This document shows, in pieces, positions 1 through 10,585 of a stretch of 64,000 bases of DNA; the first letter of the stretch is position 1; every line of letters begins with the position of its first letter. The stretch comes from Candidatus Saccharimonadota bacterium. Its GTDB lineage: Bacteria > Patescibacteriota > Saccharimonadia > Saccharimonadales > SLHW01. The notes under the pieces were generated by a model. It searched no databases. It saw nothing but the letters and a program-made list of their open reading frames with translations, and was not told where the DNA came from. The position numbers were made by a program, and so were the translations under genes. The stretch spans positions 290,446-354,445 of the forward strand of contig JAGXIU010000003.1 in assembly GCA_024635455.1 (NCBI GenBank), given 5' to 3'.

Positions 1-407
1 CCAACTCGAGGATGATAATAAAAACCTTCAAGGTTTGCGATACTGCTGAGCTTCATCAAATTTTTATAGCCAATATTGTTCATGGCCAATAAAATTAGAT
101 GGAACCGTTGTTTGTCTTTCTGCGGCTCTTTATCGGTATGTTTACGCATCGCAACATATGTTTCAATACCGATGATTGCCTTCACCTCACGAGCTTTTGC
201 TTCTTTATAAAACTGAATCGCGCCGGACAACGTACCATGATCGGTAATAGCAACTCCACTCATACCCTGAGCCTTAACAAAATCAAGTAATTCGTCAATA
301 TGTGTCAACCCATCTAATAAGCTGTACTCAGTGTGGTTGTGTAGGTGTACGAAATCCTCTCTCGTCAGATACGAGTGCGAACTCGTTTTCGTATCAGATT
401 GTTCCAC
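1..407 (-). CDS. dnaE: DNA polymerase III alpha subunit, N-terminal PHP-domain part (gene runs off the left edge)
   Basis: Absent from ORF track. Own minus-strand translation gives ...EDFVHLHNHTEYSLLDGLTHIDELLDFVKAQGMSGVAITDHGTLSGAIQFYKEAKAREVKAIIGIETYVAMRKHTD...RFHLILLAMNNIGYKNLMKLSS, a canonical DnaE N-terminus. Candidate GTG start at 407 preceded by GAAAGGGAAGG. Confidence 0.85.
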   Translation of the reverse strand, partial: MEQSDTKTSSHSYLTREDFVHLHNHTEYSLLDGLTHIDELLDFVKAQGMSGVAITDHGTLSGAIQFYKEAKAREVKAIIGIETYVAMRKHTDKEPQKDKQRFHLILLAMNNIGYKNLMKLSSIANLEGFYYHPRV

Positions 408-457
408 GGCCTTCCCTTTCGCTCGACATATACTTGTACTTGATCGTCGGTGTACTA

Positions 458-742
458 CTACTGTGTTTCAACAGCTTGTTGTATGTTTTCTGAAACTGGG
501 CCAACCAAGGGTAGTGCCTCAAATAACGACAACGTCCATAATGCTACAGCTACAACAATGGATGCACCAATAACACTACCAAGACCAGCGAAAATACCCT
601 TGAGAAAAGCCATACGGAAATAGCGAGCACGATTGGCGTAACCAGTCATGAACACTACTTCAATCATACGACCAAGTTTTTCGTAGTCTACCGGCTTCGG
701 TGACGCACCTTCTCCTGGATTATTTTTTCTTCCCAGTGTCAC
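458..742 (-). CDS. small membrane protein (DUF5665-like)
   Basis: 94-aa ORF with a C-terminal hydrophobic segment (FAGLGSVIGASIVVAVALWTL). Non-ATG start overlapping the upstream gene, so the start is uncertain. Confidence 0.5.
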   Translation of the reverse strand: MTLGRKNNPGEGASPKPVDYEKLGRMIEVVFMTGYANRARYFRMAFLKGIFAGLGSVIGASIVVAVALWTLSLFEALPLVGPVSENIQQAVETQ

Positions 743-1154
743 GAGATGCTTCAGGTTTGGTTATATATTCTTTAAGGTGAGCGAGTGCTTGGTCAGCTTC
801 TTCAATCGCTTTTTGTAGATCTTTATCGTCACTATCACCTTCGTGAATTGCGCTCAACATACTTTTTGCTTTATCCTTGGCGCTTTTTGCGTTCTCTATT
901 GCATCATTGAGACGTTGTTTTCCAGTAGCTGAAGCTGAGTCAACCTTTGTTTGTCCTTTTTTAATGACGTCTTGTAAGTCTGAGTGAAGAGATTTTAGTT
1001 TCTTTTCAGCTTCACTACGAGCCTTTATAGCACCATCGTGAATATCTTTGCGGGTTTCTTTCCCACTTTTTGGTGCGGTTAAAATACCGGTAACGTAACC
1101 TGCTGCTGCTGCGAATACTGCTCCGATTGCGAACTTTCCTGATTTATTTGCCAT
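720..1154 (-). CDS. YtxH domain-containing protein
   Basis: N-terminus GAVFAAAAGYVTGILTAPKSGKETRKD is the YtxH signature, followed by a charged coiled-coil-like region. Confidence 0.75.
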   Translation of the reverse strand: MANKSGKFAIGAVFAAAAGYVTGILTAPKSGKETRKDIHDGAIKARSEAEKKLKSLHSDLQDVIKKGQTKVDSASATGKQRLNDAIENAKSAKDKAKSMLSAIHEGDSDDKDLQKAIEEADQALAHLKEYITKPEASRDTGKKK

Positions 1155-1429
1155 TACTTATCTCCTTTATCTTTAGTTTGCTTATGGCTGAGGTGGTCGA
1201 CAATTTTCGTAACGAGTTTCCCGACCGCAAGAGAGCCAGATGTCTTCTGGAGGAATCCCGCAAAGTCCTCAACTTTGTGGAGGATGCTGTCGCTCGTTTC
1301 AGCCATGTGCTGGACTTTATTAGCAATCTGAATAGATTTAACTAATAAAATTATCCCGAGCAACAAGAATAGTGCAAGAAACGTACTTAATACAATTGTT
1401 AGAAATACTAGTGTGCTCTCCATATGCAT
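1154..1429 (-). CDS. small membrane protein (DUF948-like, usual YtxH neighbour)
   Basis: 91 aa with an N-terminal TM helix then a helical region. Start/stop overlaps the YtxH gene. Confidence 0.55.
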   Translation of the reverse strand: MHMESTLVFLTIVLSTFLALFLLLGIILLVKSIQIANKVQHMAETSDSILHKVEDFAGFLQKTSGSLAVGKLVTKIVDHLSHKQTKDKGDK

Positions 1430-1451
1430 TTAGTATAACAGCAATGTCGAA

Positions 1452-2351
1452 TCACTGCACTTGCAATTGCTTCAAATATGCTGCGAATTCGTCTTTTATG
1501 TCTTCATGTTTTAAAGCAAAGTCGACTAATGTCTTAACATAGTCCAGCTTATTGCCTGTGTCATAATAGTGCCCATTCTTTATTTCTAGCGCGAGCATCT
1601 GGTGGTTATCGTTTATCATCTTTTGCATCGCAGCCTGAATCATGAATTCTTTACCGGCTGCAAGCTCATCTTTTGCCTCACGGAGGTAAGGGAATATATC
1701 TGGTGTCAGCAAATAGCCAGTAACGCTCGCAAGGTCACTTGGAGCATCTTTTTTTCCTGGCTTCTCAATGATTGTCTTCATATCTATAACGCCTGGTTTT
1801 ATCTGGCTCCCTGCCACAACACCGTATTTTTTATAGTTAGCATCGTCATGAATTCGCATACATGGCAATACGCTCGATCCAGTCTCTTGGTATTTTGATA
1901 TCATCTGCTGGAATCGCGATGGGCTTGCGACAAAAAAGTCATCAGCGAACGTATATATAAACGGCTCGTCACTAACAAGATGCTCAGCATTTAATACAGG
2001 AGTCGCGTTACCATAAGGACCTTTTTGACGTATGTATATGAAATTGGCGAGGTCAGAAATCATATTCGTTTGCTCTAGCAGCTCTTCTTTACCGGGCTTA
2101 TTGAGGTTATTACGCAAATCTGTACTCATCCCATCAAAGTGGTCTTCAATGGAACGCTTATGGTAACCGGTCACAATAATTATGTCCTCAATACCAGCAC
2201 CTACTAATTCCTCGACAATGTATTGGACGATCGGCTTATCAACCAGTGGGAGCATTTCTTTTGGCATAGCTTTTGTTTGCGGCAAAAAACGTGTACCGAA
2301 CCCTGCCGCAGCTATAACCGCTTTTCGAACTGGCTTTACTGATTTGCTCAT
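1452..2351 (-). CDS. galU: UTP--glucose-1-phosphate uridylyltransferase
   Basis: KAVIAAAGFGTRFLPQTKAMPKEMLPLVDKPIVQYIVEE motif; 299 aa. Confidence 0.9.
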   Translation of the reverse strand: MSKSVKPVRKAVIAAAGFGTRFLPQTKAMPKEMLPLVDKPIVQYIVEELVGAGIEDIIIVTGYHKRSIEDHFDGMSTDLRNNLNKPGKEELLEQTNMISDLANFIYIRQKGPYGNATPVLNAEHLVSDEPFIYTFADDFFVASPSRFQQMISKYQETGSSVLPCMRIHDDANYKKYGVVAGSQIKPGVIDMKTIIEKPGKKDAPSDLASVTGYLLTPDIFPYLREAKDELAAGKEFMIQAAMQKMINDNHQMLALEIKNGHYYDTGNKLDYVKTLVDFALKHEDIKDEFAAYLKQLQVQ

Positions 2352-2370
2352 AGTGTCCTCCTGTATGCTA

Positions 2371-3861
2371 TTAACTACTCAGCTTTTTTTGCAGCAATTC
2401 TTTAATAAGAGCTGGGTTTGCCTGACCATGGCTTTTCTTCATAGCACAGCCAACCAAAAATCCGATCGCTTTCATTTCACCTGATCGCACGTCCTCAGCC
2501 GCCTGTGTGTTTTCTGTGATTATTTCATCAACGATTTGCTCGAGTTCACTGGTATCAGACAGCTGAATATAACCTTGTTGCTGCGCATAAGCTTCAATGT
2601 TTTTTGGTTGAGCTCCAGAAAACAACAAATCCTGTAATAAAGCTTTTGCGTTGGTTGAGCTAATGCTTCCAGCTCGAGCAAGCTTTGTTACTTCAGTATA
2701 GATAACTGTTCGCTGCGCGGTATCAAGCACCGGTGCATTGAGTAGCTCCTCGCTACGGCGTTTCGGTATTTCAGTCTGCACCATCATGTTTGCGATTGCC
2801 GTTACTGAATCTGCGTCTAGTGCATTATCTAGCAGTGTTTCCAGATAGCCTACTGTTACACTATCAAGCTCTGCCTCGAGGAGAATTTCAATATGTTCTT
2901 CTGTTAGACCACGATTGCTTAGCGCTTGACGTATCTCTGCGGGCATTTGTGGTATATTCTGCCTGACTTCCTCTAAAAATGACTCGTCTAATCTGATTGG
3001 TGGCACATCTGGTTCAGGGAAGTATCGGTAATCATGTGCCTCTTCTTTACTTCGTTGGGATATTGTCTTTTGTTTTGCGTCATTCCAGCCTCGTGTCTCT
3101 TGGATAACTTTATCTCCAGACTCTAGGACAGCAATCTGCCGCGACACTTCATATTCTACTGCCTTTTCAACACTCCTGAAGCTATTCAAGTTCTTTGTCT
3201 CAGTCCGCGTGCCAAGAGCCTCAGATTTGCTTATCGAGACGTTGACATCAAACCGCATATTGCCGTGGTATAAATCTGCGTCAGAAACACCAGCATAACG
3301 CATCAATAGATACAGTTCGTGCGCATAATCTCTTGCCTCTTGGGCGGATTTAAGCTCAGGTTTTGAGACAATTTCAAGTAACGGCGTTCCTGCTCGGTTC
3401 AAATCAACGAGAGAATAATCACCGACTTCAGGGTGCGTATTCTTACCGGCGTCTTCTTCTAGGTGTGCTCGCTCAAGATTTATCTTTTTGGTGTTACCAT
3501 CGTCTCCAATGATTGAAACTGAGCCACCTACTATGATTGGGTGAGCTTGCTGAGTAATCTGGTAGCCCTTTGGTAGATCCGGATAGAAATAGTGCTTTCT
3601 ATCAAATGCACTTAATGTCTGAGCCTCAGTATTTAGTGCTATAGCCGCCTTACTGGCAAGTCTTACTGCCTCCTTGTTAAGAACCGGTAAAGCACCCGGC
3701 ATACCCAAACAAATATGACTGATGTGTGTGTTTGGATCTGATTCACGGGCGTCATTATCGACTGCCGCAAAGAGCTTTGTCTTGGTCTTGAGCTGTACAT
3801 GGCACTCAATGCCAATTGTTGGCGTGTAATCACTGGCTGTCTGAGGTTTATTTGTTGCCAT
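2371..3861 (-). CDS. gatB: Asp/Glu-tRNA amidotransferase subunit B
   Basis: TIGIECHVQLKTKTKLF and the C-terminal GatB/YqeY-like part; 496 aa; sits in an operon with gatC and gatA. Confidence 0.95.
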   Translation of the reverse strand: MATNKPQTASDYTPTIGIECHVQLKTKTKLFAAVDNDARESDPNTHISHICLGMPGALPVLNKEAVRLASKAAIALNTEAQTLSAFDRKHYFYPDLPKGYQITQQAHPIIVGGSVSIIGDDGNTKKINLERAHLEEDAGKNTHPEVGDYSLVDLNRAGTPLLEIVSKPELKSAQEARDYAHELYLLMRYAGVSDADLYHGNMRFDVNVSISKSEALGTRTETKNLNSFRSVEKAVEYEVSRQIAVLESGDKVIQETRGWNDAKQKTISQRSKEEAHDYRYFPEPDVPPIRLDESFLEEVRQNIPQMPAEIRQALSNRGLTEEHIEILLEAELDSVTVGYLETLLDNALDADSVTAIANMMVQTEIPKRRSEELLNAPVLDTAQRTVIYTEVTKLARAGSISSTNAKALLQDLLFSGAQPKNIEAYAQQQGYIQLSDTSELEQIVDEIITENTQAAEDVRSGEMKAIGFLVGCAMKKSHGQANPALIKELLQKKLSS

Positions 3862-4285
3862 GTTGTAGTGCTCCTAGGTCACGTAACGCTTGTCGAAAAC
3901 CAAGCAGCGCCTTCTTGACATCACCTTCCTTAAGCTGCGGCGCATCGTCTTCCTTGGTTTTCTTGGCTAGATTATGTGCAAACCATACTGCGTCGTTGTC
4001 GCTCAACGTACGTTGCGCCGAGACGATTCTCTCACCCATTGATTTCCCTTTGAACCGCCTTCGTTTCAGAATATCATCGAGTAATTTATCTGCTGCTATA
4101 ACTGCATCTGGCCAGGTTTCAGGTTTTTTACAGAACTTCTGTAGCTCACTCCACTTTTGTTGGTTCCGTAACTGCTTCATACGCTTTGGTAGACGTCGAT
4201 AGACTGATCGAGATAGAAATATCAATACAGCGAAAACGACGACGCCGAAGCCGATAGCTACTTGTGCTTCAAGTGATAAATTCAT
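3848..4285 (-). CDS. hypothetical membrane-anchored protein inside the gatCAB operon
   Basis: 145 aa with one N-terminal TM (VAIGFGVVVFAVLIFL). Overlaps gatA by 4 nt and gatB by 14 nt. Confidence 0.6.
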   Translation of the reverse strand: MNLSLEAQVAIGFGVVVFAVLIFLSRSVYRRLPKRMKQLRNQQKWSELQKFCKKPETWPDAVIAADKLLDDILKRRRFKGKSMGERIVSAQRTLSDNDAVWFAHNLAKKTKEDDAPQLKEGDVKKALLGFRQALRDLGALQHGNK

Positions 4286-5718
4286 GATAGAAGCTCCTCG
4301 ACAGAGTTTGCAAGCCGAAGTAAATCAATATCAGCGTGTTGTTTCGCCATCAGCTGTAAGCCAATAGGTAGCCCGTTATCAGAGCCAGATGGCAAGCTGA
4401 TTGCGGGGATGCCAGTCAAATTTGCAGCCACTGTCATTACATCCGTTAAGTACATTTCTAGTGGATCTTGCGTATGCTCACCTATCTTAAAAGCAGTCGA
4501 TGGTGCTGTTGGGCTAAGAATGGCATCGTATTTTTTAAATATATCTGCAAATTCACTTATAAGCTTCGTGCGGACTTGCTGTGCCTGACGATAATAAGCG
4601 TCATAATACCCGCTCGTCAACACATAAGTTCCTATCATTATTCGTCGTTTAGCTTCTTTACCAAGTCCTTTCGAACGGGACATTTTGTAACTATCCAGCA
4701 ACGATGTAGCGGAAGAATCACTATAACCGTATCGTTGCCCATCATAACGTGACAGGTTGCTGCTAATTTCAGCTGGCACAATAATGTAGTAACAAGCTAA
4801 CGCAAGTGACAATGAAGACACCGATACTTCCTCGACGATTGCACCTTTTTTCTTCAACTTCTCAACAACACTGTTTATGTTATCTCTGATACTGTCTGGT
4901 AGGGAGCTCGGCATAAGTTCTTTTATTATGGCTATTTTTTTGCCGGTTAGGTCAACGGCGTCCACCTCAGCATAGTCATGTTCGACTGGCTCTAACGTGG
5001 TGCTATCTCGACTATCTACACCGGCCATACAATCAAGTACTAGACCTGCGTCAGCAACTGATTGTGTGATTGGCCCAATCACATCTGTGCTACTAGCCAT
5101 AGCAATTACACCGCTCCGAGATACAAGTCCATAAGTTGGCTTATAACCGACCACTCCGCAGAATGCCGCCGGTAGTCGGATTGAGCCACCCGTATCAGTA
5201 CCAAGTGCAAAGGGTACGAGTGATAAAGCGACAGCTGCAGCTGACCCACCCGATGATCCACCAGGGACTCGCGTTGGGTCATGCGGATTTTTTGTGGTAA
5301 AAAAATCGCTGTTCTCAGTGCTTGATCCATGCGCGAACGCATCAAGATTCGCTTTTGCTACACATATAGCACCCTCTGCTTCTAGGCGCTCGATAGCGGT
5401 AGCTTGATATGGCGCCTTAAATCCTCGCAAAATATTGCTTGCAGCTGTTGTCTCGCTCCCAAGCGTTAAAAAATTATCTTTGGCTATAAACGGTACACCG
5501 GCTAACCTACCTGGGTTTTCGCCGCGCTTGACTGCTTCGTCGATTTGCTCTGCTCGTGCCAGCGCTCGCTCATCACATGACTGAATAACTATATTGTAAT
5601 CTGCCTGGTCTTCAATTCGTGCCAATGAGTCCTTGACTAAGGTAACCGCTGAGTCATCACCCGCTACTACGGCACGAGCAATCTCCGAAATCGGCTTCCA
5701 CTCTTTGTTTTGGCTCAT
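4282..5718 (-). CDS. gatA: Asp/Glu-tRNA amidotransferase subunit A
   Basis: Amidase signature GGSSGGSAAAVA; 478 aa. Confidence 0.95.
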   Translation of the reverse strand: MSQNKEWKPISEIARAVVAGDDSAVTLVKDSLARIEDQADYNIVIQSCDERALARAEQIDEAVKRGENPGRLAGVPFIAKDNFLTLGSETTAASNILRGFKAPYQATAIERLEAEGAICVAKANLDAFAHGSSTENSDFFTTKNPHDPTRVPGGSSGGSAAAVALSLVPFALGTDTGGSIRLPAAFCGVVGYKPTYGLVSRSGVIAMASSTDVIGPITQSVADAGLVLDCMAGVDSRDSTTLEPVEHDYAEVDAVDLTGKKIAIIKELMPSSLPDSIRDNINSVVEKLKKKGAIVEEVSVSSLSLALACYYIIVPAEISSNLSRYDGQRYGYSDSSATSLLDSYKMSRSKGLGKEAKRRIMIGTYVLTSGYYDAYYRQAQQVRTKLISEFADIFKKYDAILSPTAPSTAFKIGEHTQDPLEMYLTDVMTVAANLTGIPAISLPSGSDNGLPIGLQLMAKQHADIDLLRLANSVEELLS

Positions 5719-6011
5719 GATAATACTCGTTTTACCTTAATGTAGCCTGCCTTGGTTAGCTCTGGTGTATTCGAAAGCACATCATCACGTGAATAACCAT
5801 AATCTTTAATAACATCTTCTCTCATAACGTTTTCAAGGCCAGTCACCTGTGAAGTTGGTGCTTGCTGGGAAAGGTCTACCCCCTGGAGTTGTTCTACGTA
5901 ACTAAGGACCTCGCTAATTTCTTCCTGGAATGAAGCTAACTCTTGCTCGTCTAAGGTTATACGAGCAAGCTCAGCCAATTTTAATACATCTTCTTTTGAT
6001 AACTTCGCCAT
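5715..6011 (-). CDS. gatC: Asp/Glu-tRNA amidotransferase subunit C
   Basis: 98 aa with a GatC-like N-terminus (VLKLAELARITLDEQE). 4-nt overlap with gatA. Confidence 0.9.
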   Translation of the reverse strand: MAKLSKEDVLKLAELARITLDEQELASFQEEISEVLSYVEQLQGVDLSQQAPTSQVTGLENVMREDVIKDYGYSRDDVLSNTPELTKAGYIKVKRVLS

Positions 6012-6038
6012 TCACTCCAGTATAACAAATATCTACAA

Positions 6039-8003
6039 TTATTGTTTCTGACTAATTTGCTTAATGCTGTCGCGTAATTCCGCTGCTTTTTCAAACTCTA
6101 AATTAGCAGCTGCCAGCTCCATCTGGGCTTGCAGTTCCTTTATGAGGTGCGGTATCTCGTCTTTTGGAATTTTCTTTACGTTTATTTTTTCTGAGTCATC
6201 GACTTTACCTACTGACGTGCGCATAGTAGCCTCGACTGCACGCTTAATACCTGCTGGAGTAATTCCATGTTTTTCGTTATAGGTGGCCTGAATTTCCCGT
6301 CGCCGGTTCGTCTCATCTATGGCACGGTTCATGCTTTTTGTCTTGTGGTCGGCATACATAATGACACGACCATTTTGATGCCGCGCTGCACGACCAATTG
6401 TTTGTACAAGGGCTTGTTCGCTCCGCAGGAAACCCTCCTTGTCGGCGTCTAAAATTGCAACTAAGCTCACCTCTGGTAAATCGAGACCTTCCCGTAATAG
6501 GTTGATGCCAACAACCACGTCGTAAACGCCGATACGCAAATCTCTCAAAATGTCAGTACGTTCTAAAGTCTCTACATCACTATGGAGGTACGTAACCTTT
6601 ATGCCTATCTCCTGCATGTATTCCGTCAAGTCCTCCGACATGCGCTTGGTTAATGTGGTCACCAATACACGTTCACCCTTCTCAATAGTTCGCTTTACCT
6701 CCTCAAGCAAGTCATCAACCTGGTCACCTACCGGCCGGACCTCTATCTCTGGGTCAAGTAAACCAGTCGGACGAATGATTTGCTCGACTGGCTTGCCACT
6801 TATCTGTAATTCATAGTCAGCCGGGGTTGCGCTAACGTACACTACTTGGTTAACGTGCTGTTCGAACTCACGAAAAGTTAGTGGTCGATTATCAAGCGCG
6901 CTCGGCAAACGAAAACCATGGTCAACCAGCACCTCTTTGCGGGCCCGGTCGCCGTTATACATACCTCGTAGTTGCGGAATTGTCATGTGAGATTCATCTA
7001 TAAAAAGTAGGTAGTCGTCTGGAAAATAGTCTAGGAGCGTTGCTGGTTGTTCACCCGGCTCTCTGTTCGTCAGGTATCTGCTGTAGTTCTCAATACCTTT
7101 TACAAACCCGGTCTCTTCAAGCATTTCTATGTCGAAACGTGTACGTTGTTCAAGACGCTGTGCCTCGAGCAGTTGATTGTTTTTTTTGAAGTTTGCGAGG
7201 CGAGTGGCCAGTTCTTGTTCGATTTGTTCAATAGCTTTTTTTAATTTTTGTTGAGGGGTAACATAGTGGCTACTTGGAAAAATCGTAATGCTGTCCTCTT
7301 TAGAAAGTACTTCACCAGTAAGCGGACTTATCGATGTGATGCGTTCAATTTCGTCACCAAAAAAATCAACCCGATACGCTATCTCTTCTCCGGCTGGATA
7401 TATATCAACTACATCACCACGAACTCGAAAAATTCCGCGCTGAAATTCCATATCATTTCGTGTGTACTGAATATCGGTCAACTGGCGTAATAATTTATCG
7501 CGTACTCGTCGCTCACCTGTGGTAATTTTTAATGCCATACCACCGTAATCTTCGACCGAGCCAATACCATAAATACAGCTAACACTGGCTACTATAATGA
7601 CGTCTTGCCTACTTAATAAAGCATCAGTAGCAGCATGACGAAGCCGATCTATCTCCTCATTAATCTGGCTGTCTTTCTCGATATAAGTATCTGAGCGAGG
7701 CACGTATGCCTCTGGTTGATAATAATCAAAGTAGCTTACAAAATAGTGAACTGCGTTATCTGGAAAGTACTGCTTGAACTCATTGTACAGTTGCGCAGCA
7801 AGCGTTTTATTGTGACTCAGTACTAGCGTGGGGCGCTGCTGATGGTTTATGACGTTAGCCATAGTATAGGTCTTACCAGAGCCAGTAACACCAAGTAGTG
7901 TCTGATACTTTTCTTGATTTTCGATCGCATTATTCAGGGTAGCTATAGCTGCCGGCTGGTCTCCAGCCGGTTCATACTCTGAACTAAGTCTAAACTTCTG
8001 CAT
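6039..8003 (-). CDS. uvrB: excinuclease ABC subunit B
   Basis: [20 protein letters not shown] start, GVTGSGKT Walker A, helicase motifs and the C-terminal UVR motif. Internal ATG at 8003 chosen because the track start at 8063 would overlap the upstream gene. Confidence 0.95.
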   Translation of the reverse strand: MQKFRLSSEYEPAGDQPAAIATLNNAIENQEKYQTLLGVTGSGKTYTMANVINHQQRPTLVLSHNKTLAAQLYNEFKQYFPDNAVHYFVSYFDYYQPEAYVPRSDTYIEKDSQINEEIDRLRHAATDALLSRQDVIIVASVSCIYGIGSVEDYGGMALKITTGERRVRDKLLRQLTDIQYTRNDMEFQRGIFRVRGDVVDIYPAGEEIAYRVDFFGDEIERITSISPLTGEVLSKEDSITIFPSSHYVTPQQKLKKAIEQIEQELATRLANFKKNNQLLEAQRLEQRTRFDIEMLEETGFVKGIENYSRYLTNREPGEQPATLLDYFPDDYLLFIDESHMTIPQLRGMYNGDRARKEVLVDHGFRLPSALDNRPLTFREFEQHVNQVVYVSATPADYELQISGKPVEQIIRPTGLLDPEIEVRPVGDQVDDLLEEVKRTIEKGERVLVTTLTKRMSEDLTEYMQEIGIKVTYLHSDVETLERTDILRDLRIGVYDVVVGINLLREGLDLPEVSLVAILDADKEGFLRSEQALVQTIGRAARHQNGRVIMYADHKTKSMNRAIDETNRRREIQATYNEKHGITPAGIKRAVEATMRTSVGKVDDSEKINVKKIPKDEIPHLIKELQAQMELAAANLEFEKAAELRDSIKQISQKQ

Positions 8004-8023
8004 AGCAAGCTCAAGTATGACAG

Positions 8024-8230
8024 CTACTGGCTGTTGATGAAAACTTTTCCTTGAGCAATACATTGCTCAGGGAATGACTCCATAATTGGATAACCGGCAT
8101 CTTTACACTCTTGAAATGAAGCTATGCTATGAGATGAATATGTTCGCATAAGTAAAATTGTGCCAGCTGCTAACGCAAATACTAGGATACAGATGACGAT
8201 ATAAGCAGCGATACGGCTCTCTTTAAACAT
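8024..8230 (-). CDS. small membrane/secreted protein, hypothetical
   Basis: 68 aa with an N-terminal TM helix and two Cys in the tail. Confidence 0.45.
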   Translation of the reverse strand: MFKESRIAAYIVICILVFALAAGTILLMRTYSSHSIASFQECKDAGYPIMESFPEQCIAQGKVFINSQ

Positions 8231-8234
8231 AGCT

Positions 8235-9503
8235 TTATGTTAGCGCAAACGCCTCATTATCCATAGCGCTTTGCATTGATAATTGGTTATCATGGCCGAG
8301 TTGAGACAAAACGCGTGAGCGCACATAATTACTCTCCATATAGCGGAGTAGGATTTCATCCCAAAGCGCCGCTTGCATACTGTGGACTAAACGCTTCTCA
8401 AATGGAATTTGATTTACAAGATTAAGTACTGCATCCATTAAGCAAAATGACACTGGAGCAGCTGATCCTTTGAAGAATGCTCCAACATATTCGTTGCCCT
8501 TCCAAAAATCAAAGGCAGGCTCGATTGAAAGCAGTATCTCTTCTGTTCGCCTCCAAGCCAAGTCCTCAACCGTTACATGCGGCTTGAATAATTCAGGATG
8601 CTCGGTATCATCTAACGCCCCAAAATATGCATGTACAATTTTCCAGTCAACTCGCCGATCGATTACCTTGTGTTGTAACTTGGATTTATTGCGTAAAACC
8701 ATCGACATGTTTCTTCCGAAATCATCCTTCATTTGGTGTAGCTTAAATAGTGATGAATACATCCGTAGTTCTTCGATATGCGCGAGCAATAAGGTAACTA
8801 AGGCCAGACTCATGCCTGGTGAATCTTTTTTCGGTAATGGTAGGAGCAGTATTGCGCCAACCTCCTTGACATCAATCACATTGGTTTGTAGACGAGAAGC
8901 AATAGCTATGCCCGTATCCCGCCAATGTCGCGAATTAGGAAGTTGTATTTCTATGCGCCGCTGCTCGAAGTCGTGTTGAGATATTCCCTCATACTGCTCT
9001 CGAAACTTCAATACCCAAGCTTCACTCTCCAGCTGTAGTGCCGCACCGAGAATATGAGGCAACGGTTCACGCTTGAGCATAGAGTCTAGCGAACGATACC
9101 CAAGTGCTTTTTTAGTACGCTTCGGTGGAAGCTTCTTGAGCATCTTCTTCGCCACGCTATGCTTCATAACCCAAACAGATCGAGGAATGTGTAGCTTATT
9201 AATGAACGCGTGTACGCTAGCTAAGATTTCTTCTGTGCTGGCCTCTGGTTGAAGCCCTAACTGCTCGCGCATGAACAAGTCATGCTTGTGAGCTAGACCA
9301 GTTACTGCGGCATACACTTCGCGAGCATCACTATCGTGCGGGTCAAGCCCCAACGATCTTGTAGCTATATGAGATTTACCAACCACCTCTGCAGTTAAGC
9401 GAACATCTCGCCCCGTATTCCCACTCGCGTCTTCAAGCCGTGAGATACTATCATCAAGTATATGATGATTTGCTTGTAGTAAATCCTTTAGTAATTGAGC
9501 CAC
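8235..9503 (-). CDS. hypothetical protein
   Basis: 422-aa uninterrupted ORF with no motif I recognise. Confidence 0.6.
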   Translation of the reverse strand: MAQLLKDLLQANHHILDDSISRLEDASGNTGRDVRLTAEVVGKSHIATRSLGLDPHDSDAREVYAAVTGLAHKHDLFMREQLGLQPEASTEEILASVHAFINKLHIPRSVWVMKHSVAKKMLKKLPPKRTKKALGYRSLDSMLKREPLPHILGAALQLESEAWVLKFREQYEGISQHDFEQRRIEIQLPNSRHWRDTGIAIASRLQTNVIDVKEVGAILLLPLPKKDSPGMSLALVTLLLAHIEELRMYSSLFKLHQMKDDFGRNMSMVLRNKSKLQHKVIDRRVDWKIVHAYFGALDDTEHPELFKPHVTVEDLAWRRTEEILLSIEPAFDFWKGNEYVGAFFKGSAAPVSFCLMDAVLNLVNQIPFEKRLVHSMQAALWDEILLRYMESNYVRSRVLSQLGHDNQLSMQSAMDNEAFALT

Positions 9504-9547
9504 ACGAAGGGTCTCCTTGGCTTAATACATTGTTAAAAAAAACTGCG

Positions 9548-10552
9548 CTAGAATGGCTCAGGTCGGTACCAGTCAGGCGAATTTTGTAAATATTCTTCTA
9601 TTTTTTCCTGCGAAAGAAGTCCGTCTTGCGCGCCGACGTGTTGCACTACATTCATTGAGTTTATCGGCGCCCACTGAAGAGCTCCTTCTAAATTGTTACC
9701 TTTTATTAGTGCGCCGACAAAAGTTGAAGCAAACGCGTCTCCTGCGCCAGTCCGTTCTTTCGGCGGTTCTGGATCTGGGTATAGGGGCATCTTTAACCGT
9801 GTCTCACCGTCACTTGCGTATGCACCATCTGGCCCATCTGTGATTACAACGATTTTACAGCCGTACGAGTGAAACCGATCCATCAAGTCATGTATATCGT
9901 CATGATTGCCACCTGAGACATCTACCGCTTCTTCGCGGTTCAGTATCAAGACATTGGTGTGCTGATAGATTCGCTTAAGTCGCTCAACGCCGGCCTTCAT
10001 CTGGAATGTGCCAGGCTGAAAAGCGAGTTTTACTTCTGGATTTTCATCAAGCCAGTCAGCCAATTCATCATGAAAATCAATAGCATTTTCACTGATAGAG
10101 CTAAAATATATCCATTCTGGCATTTCTTTAGGTTTAAGTTTTGGCCAATGGTAATCATAATCTTCGTGCTTAATCAGGATTGTACGCTCTTCTTTGTACC
10201 AAAGCACATAATGATAGTTACTAGCATTATCTGGATTTATACGAACAAGTCGCGTATCAACGCTTTCCTTGTCCAGCTTCTCGATGATATCTCGGCCGGC
10301 CTTATCACCACCAACATTTGCCTCGAGGCCACTTGGTATGCCGAGTCTTGCAAAACTAACTGATGCGTTTGGCGCATTTCCAACGGCTATTTTCTCGTCG
10401 ACGTAATTAAAAGGTATCTTGCTGCCATATTGCATGGCTATCCAAGACCCATGTTCATTTTCATACGTGTGCGCTTGATCATCGAATAATTTGATGAATG
10501 CATCGGTTACGACATCACCGACACAAAGTACTTGTAACTGTTTCATTTCCAC
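9548..10552 (-). CDS. PfkB-family carbohydrate kinase
   Basis: C-terminal TGAGDAFASTFVGALI (PfkB signature 2); 334 aa. Confidence 0.8.
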   Translation of the reverse strand: MEMKQLQVLCVGDVVTDAFIKLFDDQAHTYENEHGSWIAMQYGSKIPFNYVDEKIAVGNAPNASVSFARLGIPSGLEANVGGDKAGRDIIEKLDKESVDTRLVRINPDNASNYHYVLWYKEERTILIKHEDYDYHWPKLKPKEMPEWIYFSSISENAIDFHDELADWLDENPEVKLAFQPGTFQMKAGVERLKRIYQHTNVLILNREEAVDVSGGNHDDIHDLMDRFHSYGCKIVVITDGPDGAYASDGETRLKMPLYPDPEPPKERTGAGDAFASTFVGALIKGNNLEGALQWAPINSMNVVQHVGAQDGLLSQEKIEEYLQNSPDWYRPEPF

Positions 10553-10585
10553 CCCTGCTTATATGTTAGTGTCTATGGTTATAGT

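Noticed and set aside
99-573. Plus-strand ORFs 99-290, 302-493 and 331-573
   Set aside because: They lie antisense to the clearly recognisable dnaE N-terminus (or its upstream region) and have no motifs. The real gene is on the minus strand and is missing from the track because it runs off the window edge.
6039-8063. N-terminal extensions offered by the ORF track for uvrB (8063), pheS (29899), ppa (18443), the MBL hydrolase (29822), GDPD (18493), NUDIX (22617) and 52670-53128
   Set aside because: Internal ATG starts match the canonical family N-termini and/or have a proper SD, and they avoid overlaps. Several of the extended starts are non-ATG codons.
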